From: Kiritimatiella glycovorans
GTDB lineage: Bacteria > Verrucomicrobiota > Kiritimatiellia > Kiritimatiellales > Kiritimatiellaceae
NCBI RefSeq assembly: GCF_001017655.1
Contig: NZ_CP010904.1
Location: 960,001-992,000, forward strand
Reading direction: 5' to 3'
Length of the DNA stretch: 32,000 nucleotides
In this document: piece after piece, positions 8,604-16,513 of the stretch
Position numbering within the stretch: position 1 is the stretch's first letter
Layout: every line of letters begins with the position of its first letter
Notes under the pieces: generated by a model
Database searches by the model: none
What the model was told of the DNA's origin: nothing
What the model saw: only the letters and a program-made list of their open reading frames with translations
Position numbers and translations under genes: made by a program

Positions 8604-9035
8604 ATGGATATTCGTGAAATGCTCGATGAGAAGCCGGAGCTGCAGATCGCGCCGCTGATCGATGTGGTCTTCCTGCTGCTCATCTACTTCATGGTCAGCG
8701 CCTCGCTCATCAAACAGGAGGCCGAACTCGGGGTGACCCTGCCCGGCAAGGTCGAGCAGACCGAAGAAGTCGAGATGCCCGACGAGCAGGTGATCATGAT
8801 CAACGGCTCGGGCAAGGTGCTGCTCAACAATCGCGAATACGGCAATGTCGACTCCCGCGAAATGCCCGAGCTGGTGGCAACGCTCGGCCGCTACCGCCAG
8901 GCGTCAGAGGCCCTCAACACCAAGGCTTTCGTGACGGTCCAGGCGGCGGATGAGGCGCTCCACCAGCGGGTGGTCGATGTGATGAACGCCTGCGCCGCGG
9001 CGGGGATCAAAAACCTTACATTCGGTATTCAGTAA
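8604..9035 (+). CDS. exbD: ExbD/TolR family biopolymer transport protein (copy 2)
   Basis: 143 aa. IAPLIDVVFLLLIYFMV helix keeps the intramembrane Asp. C-terminal ...VQAADEALHQRVVDVMNACAAAGI. Only a 6-nt gap from copy 1. Confidence 0.9.
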   Translation: MDIREMLDEKPELQIAPLIDVVFLLLIYFMVSASLIKQEAELGVTLPGKVEQTEEVEMPDEQVIMINGSGKVLLNNREYGNVDSREMPELVATLGRYRQASEALNTKAFVTVQAADEALHQRVVDVMNACAAAGIKNLTFGIQ

Positions 9036-9038
9036 TCC

Positions 9039-10352
9039 ATGGCCAAAATACGCCGAAGAAAATATAAAAAGACGCACTGGACCCGGAATGCCGCGCTCGT
9101 CAGCATGATCATCCATGCGCTGTTCCTCTTCACCGCCGGATCGATCGTGGCGGTCAAGGTGTTCAAGCAGGCGGAGACGACCTTCGAGGGCTCGAATCGC
9201 GAACGCCCGAAGATGGAGCTGCGCCAGCTCAAGATCCCGGTCACCGTAAAAAATATGCAGCGGCGCAGCAGGCGCCCCGCGGTTCAGGTGCAGCCCCGCC
9301 TGGCGGCGCGCACGGTGGCGGAGCAGAAGATGCCCGATATCAGCCTCCCGAGCCGCGGTCTATCCGGCGACCTGGCCGGAGGTATGGATCTGGGCGGGAG
9401 CGTGGAAGGACTCGGCACCTCGGGCGGAAGCCTCGGATTCGGCATCTCATCGATCAATTTCTTCGGGGTGAAATCCGAGGGGGAACGAGTGATGTTCCTT
9501 ATCTCGGCCCACAATTCGATGATGCTCGATGAACGCGGCGGGATCCCGGCCTACACGAAGGTCAAGGAAGAGATCGTGCGCCTGATCAGAGGCATGTCGC
9601 CCGCGACCGTGTTCAACGTCGCGGTGTTCTCAGGCCACCGGGTCAACATGTTCGCCCAGGAGATGGTGCCGGCGACCGAGCCCAACCGTGACCGCGTCGC
9701 CTCCTGGTTTGCGCAGTTCAACACGTCCCACGACCAGCGCGGCACCCGAGGAAATAACTACCGCCCCTCGCGCACCTTCGAGCCGATCGGCGAACACATC
9801 GTCCATCAGACCCGCGCTCTGATGTCGGCCTTCGAGCAGCAGGCGGACTCGATCTTCATGATCGCGGCCGAGCGCTGGTCCCTCCGCGTGGAGATGACCG
9901 AGGAGGAGCGCATTGAATACCGTGATGACCGCGGCTGGGACCAGGAGCGCCTGAAACAGTGGCGTGAAGTATTCATCCCGCGGGCCCGGAAGGAACTGGA
10001 GCGGATCAACAGAGAGCGGCAGAAGAAAGGTCTTCCCCCCGCCGTTTACCGTCATCTTCCCCACTTTATCCACGAACGCTGGCCGAATAGAGAGCAGCCC
10101 CCTGCGTTCCCTCACTATTCCCAGGACGATCAGGAAGAGACGATCGAAAATGCCGTGATCAGTCACTATCGGCGCGAAGGCCTCGACAAGCCCTCCGTCA
10201 ATATTATCCTCTTCCGCGGGAAAGATGAGGAAATGGACCGTAAGTCCCGGATCGACGCGGATTTCTTCGACGAGATCACGCAGGATTACCGCGGCACCTT
10301 CCGCGTCCTGGAAGGGCTGGAAGGGATCGATTACGAGATGACCGACGACTGA
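9039..10352 (+). CDS. Membrane-anchored protein: TonB/TolA-like N-terminal helix plus degenerate vWA-like periplasmic domain (paralog A)
   Basis: 437 aa. Starts 3 nt after the exbD2 stop. Basic N-terminus, then one hydrophobic helix NAALVSMIIHALFLFTAGSIVAV (S22-x3-H26). Arg/Pro/Gly-rich linker follows. The block FFGVKSEGERVMFLISAHNSMM...VKEEIVRLIRGMSPATVFNVAVF...ADSIFMIAA...SVNIILFRG resembles the strand pattern of a vWA fold, but SAHNS replaces the DxSxS MIDAS. Confidence 0.8.
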   Translation: MAKIRRRKYKKTHWTRNAALVSMIIHALFLFTAGSIVAVKVFKQAETTFEGSNRERPKMELRQLKIPVTVKNMQRRSRRPAVQVQPRLAARTVAEQKMPDISLPSRGLSGDLAGGMDLGGSVEGLGTSGGSLGFGISSINFFGVKSEGERVMFLISAHNSMMLDERGGIPAYTKVKEEIVRLIRGMSPATVFNVAVFSGHRVNMFAQEMVPATEPNRDRVASWFAQFNTSHDQRGTRGNNYRPSRTFEPIGEHIVHQTRALMSAFEQQADSIFMIAAERWSLRVEMTEEERIEYRDDRGWDQERLKQWREVFIPRARKELERINRERQKKGLPPAVYRHLPHFIHERWPNREQPPAFPHYSQDDQEETIENAVISHYRREGLDKPSVNIILFRGKDEEMDRKSRIDADFFDEITQDYRGTFRVLEGLEGIDYEMTDD

Positions 10353-10502
10353 GCCGCCGGCTATGCCGTGCGGCCGGGATGCTCCTGAACAGGGGTCTGA
10401 AGAGGGTAGCCCGCCGCTTTTATCTGGTCTGGTCCCACCTCCATCCGGCATACTCGCCGACATCTTTGAGGCGTTACGGACAGGTTCCCCCCGGAGACGA
10501 AC

Positions 10503-11825
10503 ATGGGTTTGATGGACCGCATAAAGGGCGTTAAAAACCAGGGCCGACCTCACTGGACACGCAATGCCGCGCTGGTGAGTTTGGCGGTGCACGCGCTGCT
10601 TCTGCTGGCCGCGGGATCGATCGTCGCCGTCAAGGTCTACAAGCAGCAGCAGACCACCTTTGTGGGCGGTGACCGCGAGCGTCCGCGGCTGGAGCTGCGC
10701 AAACTCCGCATCCCCATCACGGTCAAGAACATGCAGCGCCGCAGCGCGCGCCCCTCCGTCCAGATCAATCCCCGCCTGGCGGCCCGGACCATGGCGGACC
10801 AGGCCATGCCGGACGTGAGCATGCCCGCGCGCGAACTCGGGGGGGACATGCTCTCCGGGCTCGACCTCGGGGGCGGCGGCGTCGAAGGACTGGGCACCGG
10901 AGGCGGGAGCCTCGGCTTCGGGATCTCGTCGGTCAATTTTTTCGGGGTGAAATCCGAGGGCGAGCGGGTGATGTTCCTCGTCTCCACGTGGAGCGGGATG
11001 ATGGTCGACGATCGCGGCGGGATCCCGGCCTACACCAAGGTCAAAGAGGAAATCGTACGCCTGATCAACGGTATGTCCCCCGCCACGGTGTTCAACGTGG
11101 CGATGTTCGACATCAACAAGGTCAATATGTTCTCGCGTGATATGGTCCCGGCCACAAAGGACAACCGTCGCCGGGTTTCGGACTGGATCGAACCGTTCAA
11201 TACGGAATACGGTCAGCGAGGCGCGCGCGAAAACAACTTCTATCCGCGCCGCACCTACGAGCCCGTAGGAGAGGACATCTGTCATCAGACGAAAGCCCTG
11301 CTCGCGGCGTTTGAGCAGCAGGCGGACTCGGTCTTCATGATCATCGCCGACCGGTGGTCGAAGCGTGAACCGATCACCGAGGAGGAACTGGTCGATTTCT
11401 GGGAGGACCACGGCTGGTCGGTGGAGGAGCAGCAGCACTGGGAGGATGTAATCGTTCCGCGCGTCCAGGATGAACTGGAGCGGATCAACCGAGACAGGAA
11501 GAAAAAGGGTCTTCCTCCCAAGGTGATCCGGCACACCTACGAGTTTGTAGGCGAGCGGTGGCCGGACATGGAGCGCCCCCCCATCCCGCCTCACTACGAC
11601 GAGGAGCAGCAGCTCGAGACGCTCGAGGAGGCGGTGATCTATAACTTCCGGCGCGAGGGGCTGGGCATCCCGTCCGTGAATATCATTCTCTTCCGCGGCG
11701 AAGACGAGGACCTCGATCGGCGCGATCAGCGCACGGCCGCGTTCTTCGACGACATCAGCGACGAGTTCAAGGGCCGTTTCCGCGTGCTCGAGGGGCTTGA
11801 GGCGATCGAGTATGACTATGAATGA
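10503..11825 (+). CDS. Membrane-anchored protein: TonB/TolA-like N-terminal helix plus degenerate vWA-like periplasmic domain (paralog B)
   Basis: 440 aa, colinear with paralog A over the full length. Helix NAALVSLAVHALLLLAAGSIVAV (S26-x3-H30). Core FFGVKSEGERVMFLVSTWSGMM has STWSG in the MIDAS position. SD GGAGAC lies upstream after a 150-nt spacer. Confidence 0.8.
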   Translation: MGLMDRIKGVKNQGRPHWTRNAALVSLAVHALLLLAAGSIVAVKVYKQQQTTFVGGDRERPRLELRKLRIPITVKNMQRRSARPSVQINPRLAARTMADQAMPDVSMPARELGGDMLSGLDLGGGGVEGLGTGGGSLGFGISSVNFFGVKSEGERVMFLVSTWSGMMVDDRGGIPAYTKVKEEIVRLINGMSPATVFNVAMFDINKVNMFSRDMVPATKDNRRRVSDWIEPFNTEYGQRGARENNFYPRRTYEPVGEDICHQTKALLAAFEQQADSVFMIIADRWSKREPITEEELVDFWEDHGWSVEEQQHWEDVIVPRVQDELERINRDRKKKGLPPKVIRHTYEFVGERWPDMERPPIPPHYDEEQQLETLEEAVIYNFRREGLGIPSVNIILFRGEDEDLDRRDQRTAAFFDDISDEFKGRFRVLEGLEAIEYDYE

Positions 11826-11951
11826 GCATGATGAATTCGCGGGCATGGGCGTCTATTCGCTTCACACCGAAAACATTTAACGGGCGAACCGCCAATGGAC
11901 GCAGATCCACGCGAATAATTCTGGGGCTGCTCAGGGTTTCCGCTCAGCGTT

Positions 11952-12824
11952 TCAGATCGACGATCCTCTCCAGTGGAGTTTCTGGCTGAGCAGTTTGAAG
12001 TAGCTGTATTCTTCCAGGTGGACGAAACGGACGCCGCATTTCGCGCGGCGCACATGCAGGGTGCAGCCGGGGGTGATGTCTCCGGGGTGATCGCGCCCGT
12101 CGATTGAAAGCACGAGGGGCTTGGCCGACTCACCCACCCGGATTGAAATCGTGCTCCGGTCCGGGATGACCAGCGGGCGGCTGCTCAGGGTGTGGGGGCA
12201 GATCACGTTGATCGCGAACACGGGCGAGCCGGGGTAGAGGATCGGTCCGCCCGCGGAGAGCGAATGCCCCGTGCTTCCCGTGGGCGTCGACACGATCAGA
12301 CCGTCGCACATGAACGTGGCGATGTGTTCCCCGTCCACGCTGAGATCGAGCGAGACGATGCTCGACGAAGCGCCCCAGCCGACCACCACGTCGTTCAGCG
12401 CGCGCGCGCGGGCGGGCTCGTCGTCGCCGGGCACTTCAAGTTCGCAGGCGAGGGCGGCGCGTTCCTCGATTGTGCAGGCCCCCTCGCAGAGGGCGTCGAC
12501 GGCCTGTTCCACCGCCTCTTCGCCCACCGTGGTCAGAAATCCGAGGCTGCCGAGGTTGAGTCCCAGGATCGGCGTATCCGAACCGCACAGGAGGCGTGCC
12601 GCGTAGAGCACCGTGCCGTCCCCGCCCATCGCGAACAGGACATCCGCGCGCCGGGCCAGGTCCCCGGCCGGCACGGATTCGGCCGCCGCCATGCATGCTG
12701 CCGTATCGGGGTCTGCCAGCAGGGCCAGTCCGCGCTCTGCCGCACGGGTCTCGAGCCGGCCGAGCACGGATTCCGCGTCGGCGCGCTGCAGGTTCGCTAC
12801 AATACCGATGCTCTCAGGCTTCAT
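11952..12824 (-). CDS. nadK: NAD(+) kinase
   Basis: Motifs GGDGTVLYAARL, NLGSLGFLT, ALNDVVV and STPTGSTGHSLSAGGPI. I place the start at ATG 12824 (MKPESIGIV...), preceded by GGGAGGGGGAG, not at the track's 12983, which would run through the tlyA 3' end. Overlaps the tlyA stop by 11 nt. Confidence 0.9.
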   Translation of the reverse strand: MKPESIGIVANLQRADAESVLGRLETRAAERGLALLADPDTAACMAAAESVPAGDLARRADVLFAMGGDGTVLYAARLLCGSDTPILGLNLGSLGFLTTVGEEAVEQAVDALCEGACTIEERAALACELEVPGDDEPARARALNDVVVGWGASSSIVSLDLSVDGEHIATFMCDGLIVSTPTGSTGHSLSAGGPILYPGSPVFAINVICPHTLSSRPLVIPDRSTISIRVGESAKPLVLSIDGRDHPGDITPGCTLHVRRAKCGVRFVHLEEYSYFKLLSQKLHWRGSSI

Positions 12825-13596
12825 CTCCCCCTCCCTTTGCGGTCGTGTCCTGCGCGTGGTCGCCCTCCAGCGTCCACAGGGCCAGGTATTCGACATTCCC
12901 CGCGGGGCCGCGCACCGGCGAAGGCACGCAGTCGATCCAGCGGCAACCGGGCTGATCCTGACCGAAACGCCGGACGCGTTCAATGGTATCCTTCCGGACC
13001 GACTCGTCGCGCACGACGCCGCCGCGCGCGACCTGACCGCGACGCGCCTCGAATTGCGGCTTGATCAGGGTGACCATCCACGTGCCGGGCGAGGCGAGGG
13101 GGATGACCGCGGGCAGAATAAGGGTCAGCGAGATAAAGGAGACGTCCACGCAGATGAACCCCACCCGTTCCGGGAGGGCGTCCGGTTGCAGGTAGCGGGC
13201 GTGGACGCGTTCCATGACGACCACGCGCGGGTCCTGCCGGAGCCGATAGTCGAGCTGGCCGTAGCCGACATCCACGGCGTACACGCGCCGTGCGCCGTGC
13301 TGGAGCAGGCAGTCGGTGAACCCGCCGGTCGAGGCGCCGACATCCAGCGCCGTGCGGTCCGTGACCTCGAGGTCGAACGCGTGCAGCGCATGTTCCAGTT
13401 TGTAGGCGCCGCGCCCGACGTACCGCTCGCGCGCGGCGACCTCGATCTCCGCGTCCGGCATGACGGGCCGTCCCGGTTTTGTGACCGGGACGCCTCCGAC
13501 CCTGACCTCGCCGGCGATGATGAGGCGCCGGGCCCGCTCCCGGCTCTGCGCCAGCCCCCGTTCGACGAGAAGTTGATCAAGACGCGGTTTTTTCAT
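12814..13596 (-). CDS. tlyA: TlyA family 16S/23S rRNA (cytidine-2'-O)-methyltransferase
   Basis: S4-like N-terminus MKKPRLDQLLVERGLAQSRERARRLIIAGEVRV. SAM motif ALDVGASTGGFTDCLLQHGARRVYAVDVGYGQL. Start chosen at ATG 13596 (the family-typical N-terminus). The tlyA-nadK adjacency is a widely conserved synteny. Confidence 0.9.
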   Translation of the reverse strand: MKKPRLDQLLVERGLAQSRERARRLIIAGEVRVGGVPVTKPGRPVMPDAEIEVAARERYVGRGAYKLEHALHAFDLEVTDRTALDVGASTGGFTDCLLQHGARRVYAVDVGYGQLDYRLRQDPRVVVMERVHARYLQPDALPERVGFICVDVSFISLTLILPAVIPLASPGTWMVTLIKPQFEARRGQVARGGVVRDESVRKDTIERVRRFGQDQPGCRWIDCVPSPVRGPAGNVEYLALWTLEGDHAQDTTAKGGGDEA

Positions 13597-13651
13597 ACCA
13601 TGCCGTGTTCGAAAGACTGAATCGCTATTACGCAACGGACGGAAGCATAGC

Positions 13652-14773
13652 ATGCCCGGACTCTACATTCACATCCCCTTCTGTCTGCGGAAGTGCCCGT
13701 ACTGCGACTTCTATTCGATCCCGCTCCGGGACGGACGCATCGCGGATCGGTACCTCAACGCGCTCGGGCGGGAACTGCGCCTGCTGGCCGCGGAGTTCAG
13801 GCCCGCGACGGTCTACGTCGGAGGAGGGACGCCGACCGCGCTCGAACCCGAACAGCTCCGCCGCCTCTTCCGGATGCTGCACGAACACGCCGGGGCGGCC
13901 GATGCGGAGGAGGTTACCTGCGAGGCGAATCCCGGCACGATGGAGCGCGAGACGCTCGATGCGCTCCTCGAGTCGGGGGTCAACCGGATCTCGGTCGGAG
14001 TGCAGTCATTCTGCAACGCCGCGCTCAAGAAACTGGGGCGGGTGCACAGCGCGGAACAGGCGTGGGAAGCCTGCCGCCGGGCGCGCTCGGCGGGGTTCGG
14101 CAACATGAGCATCGACCTCATCGGCGCCGTGCCGGGCGTCCGCAGGCGGGACCTGCGCGAGACGGTCGACAGGGTGCTGGACCTGCGGCCGGAGCATATC
14201 TCCTTCTACCTGCTCAGCTTCGAGGAGGGCACGCTGTTTCACCGGCTGCGGGAACGGGGCGCGATCGCGGAATGCGAAGAGGAGGAACAGGTCCGGCGGT
14301 TCGATTATGTGCGCGGAAAGCTTCGCCGCACCGGGTACCGTCATTACGAAATATCGAACTTCGCCGTCCCGGGGTTCGAAAGCCGGCACAACCTCCTGTA
14401 CTGGGACGGGGAGGCCTATGCCGGCTGCGGAGCGGCGGCCCATTCCTTCCTGCAGGGCGAGCGTCGCGCCAACGTGCGCGACCTGGAAACCTATCTCCGG
14501 AGGCTGGAGGAAGGGGCTGCGCCGGTCGCCGAAAGCGATGTGATCCGGCCCGAAGCCCGGGCCCGCGAGCTGCTGGTCATGGGCCTGCGCAAGATCGGCG
14601 GCGTCGAGCGCGAGACCTTCCGGGAAACGACCGGCTACGACTACTGGAGTCTCTGCGGGCCGGAAATCACCGACCTCGCGCGCCGGAATCTGCTGGAGGT
14701 CGACCGCGAACGGATACGCCTGACCGGCGAAGCGCTGCTGATCAGCGACACCGTTTTCGCAGAGCTCATCTGA
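13652..14773 (+). CDS. hemW: Radical SAM family heme chaperone HemW / HemN-like oxygen-independent coproporphyrinogen oxidase homolog
   Basis: 373 aa. Begins LYIHIPFCLRKCPYCDF (CxxxCxxC radical-SAM cluster motif), followed by GGGTP and the HemN-C-like tail. Divergent from tlyA across a 55-nt spacer. Confidence 0.9.
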   Translation: MPGLYIHIPFCLRKCPYCDFYSIPLRDGRIADRYLNALGRELRLLAAEFRPATVYVGGGTPTALEPEQLRRLFRMLHEHAGAADAEEVTCEANPGTMERETLDALLESGVNRISVGVQSFCNAALKKLGRVHSAEQAWEACRRARSAGFGNMSIDLIGAVPGVRRRDLRETVDRVLDLRPEHISFYLLSFEEGTLFHRLRERGAIAECEEEEQVRRFDYVRGKLRRTGYRHYEISNFAVPGFESRHNLLYWDGEAYAGCGAAAHSFLQGERRANVRDLETYLRRLEEGAAPVAESDVIRPEARARELLVMGLRKIGGVERETFRETTGYDYWSLCGPEITDLARRNLLEVDRERIRLTGEALLISDTVFAELI

Positions 14774-14784
14774 GCGTTTTTTGC

Positions 14785-14813
14785 TTGTTTATGCCGGCCC
14801 GTTCCCGTATGAA
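14785..14813 (+). promoter_or_regulatory. Candidate sigma-70-type promoter for rpmB (TTGTTT, 17-nt spacer, TATGAA)
   Basis: TTGTTT at 14785-14790, a 17-nt spacer, then TATGAA at 14808-14813, about 45 nt upstream of the rpmB ATG. This is a motif match only, and the promoter consensus of this lineage is unknown to me. Confidence 0.3.
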
Positions 14814-14857
14814 TGCCCGTTCCACGGAAGACGTTCAGAACGCAGAGGGATCTGATT

Positions 14858-15085
14858 ATGGCCAAAGTATGTGAACATTGCGGCAAGGGTCCGACTACGG
14901 GCAACCGCATTATACGCAAGGGTTTAGCTAAAAAGAAGGGCGGCATCGGGCTGCACACGACCGCCGTGACGCGGAGGCGGTTCATGCCGAACCTCCAGAA
15001 AATCCGGGTCCGCGAGAACGGCGGGGTTGTGACGCGCCGGATCTGCACCGCCTGTATCCGGGCGGGCCGGATCGAAAAGGCGTGA
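14858..15085 (+). CDS. rpmB: 50S ribosomal protein L28
   Basis: 75 aa from ATG 14858 (MAKVCEHCGKGPTTGN...RRRFMPNLQKIRV...), preceded by AGAGGGA. Two CxxC pairs (CEHC and CTAC) suggest the zinc-ribbon form. The track's 14813 start adds a non-family N-terminal extension. Confidence 0.9.
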   Translation: MAKVCEHCGKGPTTGNRIIRKGLAKKKGGIGLHTTAVTRRRFMPNLQKIRVRENGGVVTRRICTACIRAGRIEKA

Positions 15086-15127
15086 ATAGAGCAGGTATAC
15101 AGGACCCAAACGTGTACGGGGTGTCAG

Positions 15128-16426
15128 ATGGATAATCCCAGAGAACTCGGCCAGGCCCGACTCAGCCTGGATGATACGCAAATCAGTTTTCCGGTGATCG
15201 AGGGCTCCGAGGGCGAGCGGGCGGTCGATATCCGCAAACTGCGCAAGGAGACCGGGCTGATTACCTACGATCCCGGGTTCGTCAACACGGGGTCCTGCTG
15301 CAGCCGGGTCACGTTCATCAACGGGGAAGAGGGTATCCTCCGCTACCGCGGATACGACATCGAGGACCTGGCGGAAAAATGCGAATTCATCGATGTCGCC
15401 TACCTCCTCGTGCACGGGGCGCTGCCCACGGAAGACGAGCACCGCAAATTCAGCCGTCTGCTCAACGAGCACTCCATGATCCATGAGGATATGCGCCATC
15501 ATTTCAGTTTCTACCCGGAGCGGGCGCACCCGATGGCGGTGCTCTCCGCCATGGTGGTCTCGCTCTCCACCTTCTATCCCGAGCTTGAGGAGGGCTGGGA
15601 CGAGGAAACCGACATCACTGTCTGCCGCCTGCTGTCCAAGCTCCGCACCATCGCCGCCTTCTCCTATAAGAAATTCATCGGCGAGCCGATCGTGCAGCCT
15701 AAGGCGGGCCTCAAGTATACCGAGAATTTTCTGAACATGATGTTCAACTCGCCGGTGAGCGAGTTCGAAGTCGATCCGATTATCGCCCGTGCGCTGAACA
15801 AACTGCTGATTCTCCACGCCGATCACGAGCAGAACTGCTCGGCGTCGGTGGTGCGGATGGTCGGCAGCGCGGAGGCCAACCTCTACGCCTCCATCTCGGC
15901 CGGCATCTGCGCCCTGTGGGGGCCGCTGCACGGCGGCGCCAACCAGCACGTGATCGAGATGCTCGAGTACATCCGCAGCGAGGAGAACGGAGACGTGTCC
16001 AAGGTGCTGGAGCGCGCCAAGGACAAGTCGGATCCCTTCCGGATGATGGGCTTCGGCCACCGGGTCTACAAGGCGTACGATCCCCGCGCCCGGGTGGCGA
16101 AACGCATCTGCCGTGAAGTCCTGAATCACCTGGGTCATGAAGACCCGCTGCTTGATATCGCGGTGGAACTCGAACAGGCGGCGCTGGAGGATGAGTATTT
16201 CAAGGAACGTAACCTCTACCCGAACGTGGATTTTTATACCGGCCTTACCTATCGCGCGATCGGCATCCCGACGAACATGTTTACGGTCATGTTCGCGATC
16301 GGAAGAATCCCGGGATGGATTGCGCAGTGGCAGGAAATGCGCGAAGATCCGCATAGCCGCATCGGAAGGCCGCGGCAGGTTTACATCGGTCCCACATCGG
16401 ACGAAACCAGCCCGATTCAGATGTAA
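15128..16426 (+). CDS. gltA: Citrate synthase (type II)
   Basis: 432 aa. ILRYRGYDIEDLAEK, catalytic regions LILHADHEQNCSAS, GPLHGGAN and MGFGHRVYKAYDPRA. Full-length colinearity with GltA. Confidence 0.95.
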   Translation: MDNPRELGQARLSLDDTQISFPVIEGSEGERAVDIRKLRKETGLITYDPGFVNTGSCCSRVTFINGEEGILRYRGYDIEDLAEKCEFIDVAYLLVHGALPTEDEHRKFSRLLNEHSMIHEDMRHHFSFYPERAHPMAVLSAMVVSLSTFYPELEEGWDEETDITVCRLLSKLRTIAAFSYKKFIGEPIVQPKAGLKYTENFLNMMFNSPVSEFEVDPIIARALNKLLILHADHEQNCSASVVRMVGSAEANLYASISAGICALWGPLHGGANQHVIEMLEYIRSEENGDVSKVLERAKDKSDPFRMMGFGHRVYKAYDPRARVAKRICREVLNHLGHEDPLLDIAVELEQAALEDEYFKERNLYPNVDFYTGLTYRAIGIPTNMFTVMFAIGRIPGWIAQWQEMREDPHSRIGRPRQVYIGPTSDETSPIQM

Positions 16427-16475
16427 GACCCGGAGTGCAACACGGAGCCCGGGAATCCCTCCGGCTCCCGCGATC

Positions 16476-16500
16476 TCCGGAAGGCGGACCGGATTTTTTT
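16476..16500 (+). terminator. Possible intrinsic terminator or attenuator after gltA
   Basis: TCCGG (16476-16480) pairs with CCGGA (16489-16493) around an 8-nt loop, followed by T7 (16494-16500). The stem is only 5 bp. A competing GGCGGA (16483-16488) / TCCGCC (16500-16505) hairpin would bury the T-tract. The next ATG is only 13 nt downstream, so the call is weak. Confidence 0.4.
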
Positions 16501-16513
16501 CCGCCCGGATGCC

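Larger units (their letters stand above)
9039..11825 (+). repeat. Tandem gene duplication (two ~1.3-kb paralogous CDS, start-to-start period 1464 nt)
   Basis: The proteins align end to end. In the best block (GSLGFGISS...FNVA.F) I count 58 of 68 identical residues, and overall identity is roughly two-thirds by eye. Matching DNA runs occur, e.g. ttcggggtgaaatccgaggg and gatcccggcctacac in both copies. Confidence 0.85.

Noticed and set aside
9630-11846. 738-aa minus-strand ORF antisense to both vWA-like paralogs
   Set aside because: Shadow frame. The + strand genes have RBS or coupling signals, a coherent TM-plus-domain architecture and paralog conservation at the protein level in the + frame.
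11952-13653. Longer track starts for nadK (12983) and tlyA (13653), and the plus-strand ORFs 12192-13064 and 12613-13620
   Set aside because: The internal ATGs at 12824 and 13596 coincide with family-typical N-termini, with a strong SD for nadK. The long versions add Arg-rich non-homologous extensions. The plus-strand ORFs are antisense shadows.
14763-14786. GCTC-ATCT-GAGC mini-hairpin followed by T6 after the hemW stop, as an intrinsic terminator
   Set aside because: The stem is only 4-5 bp with a 2-4 nt loop, too weak to call. The T-run may simply be part of the rpmB promoter region.
13693-14874. 393-aa plus-strand ORF in an alternate frame of hemW
   Set aside because: It is an off-frame Arg/Gly/Pro-rich product. 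The 13652 frame carries the CxxxCxxC radical-SAM motif.
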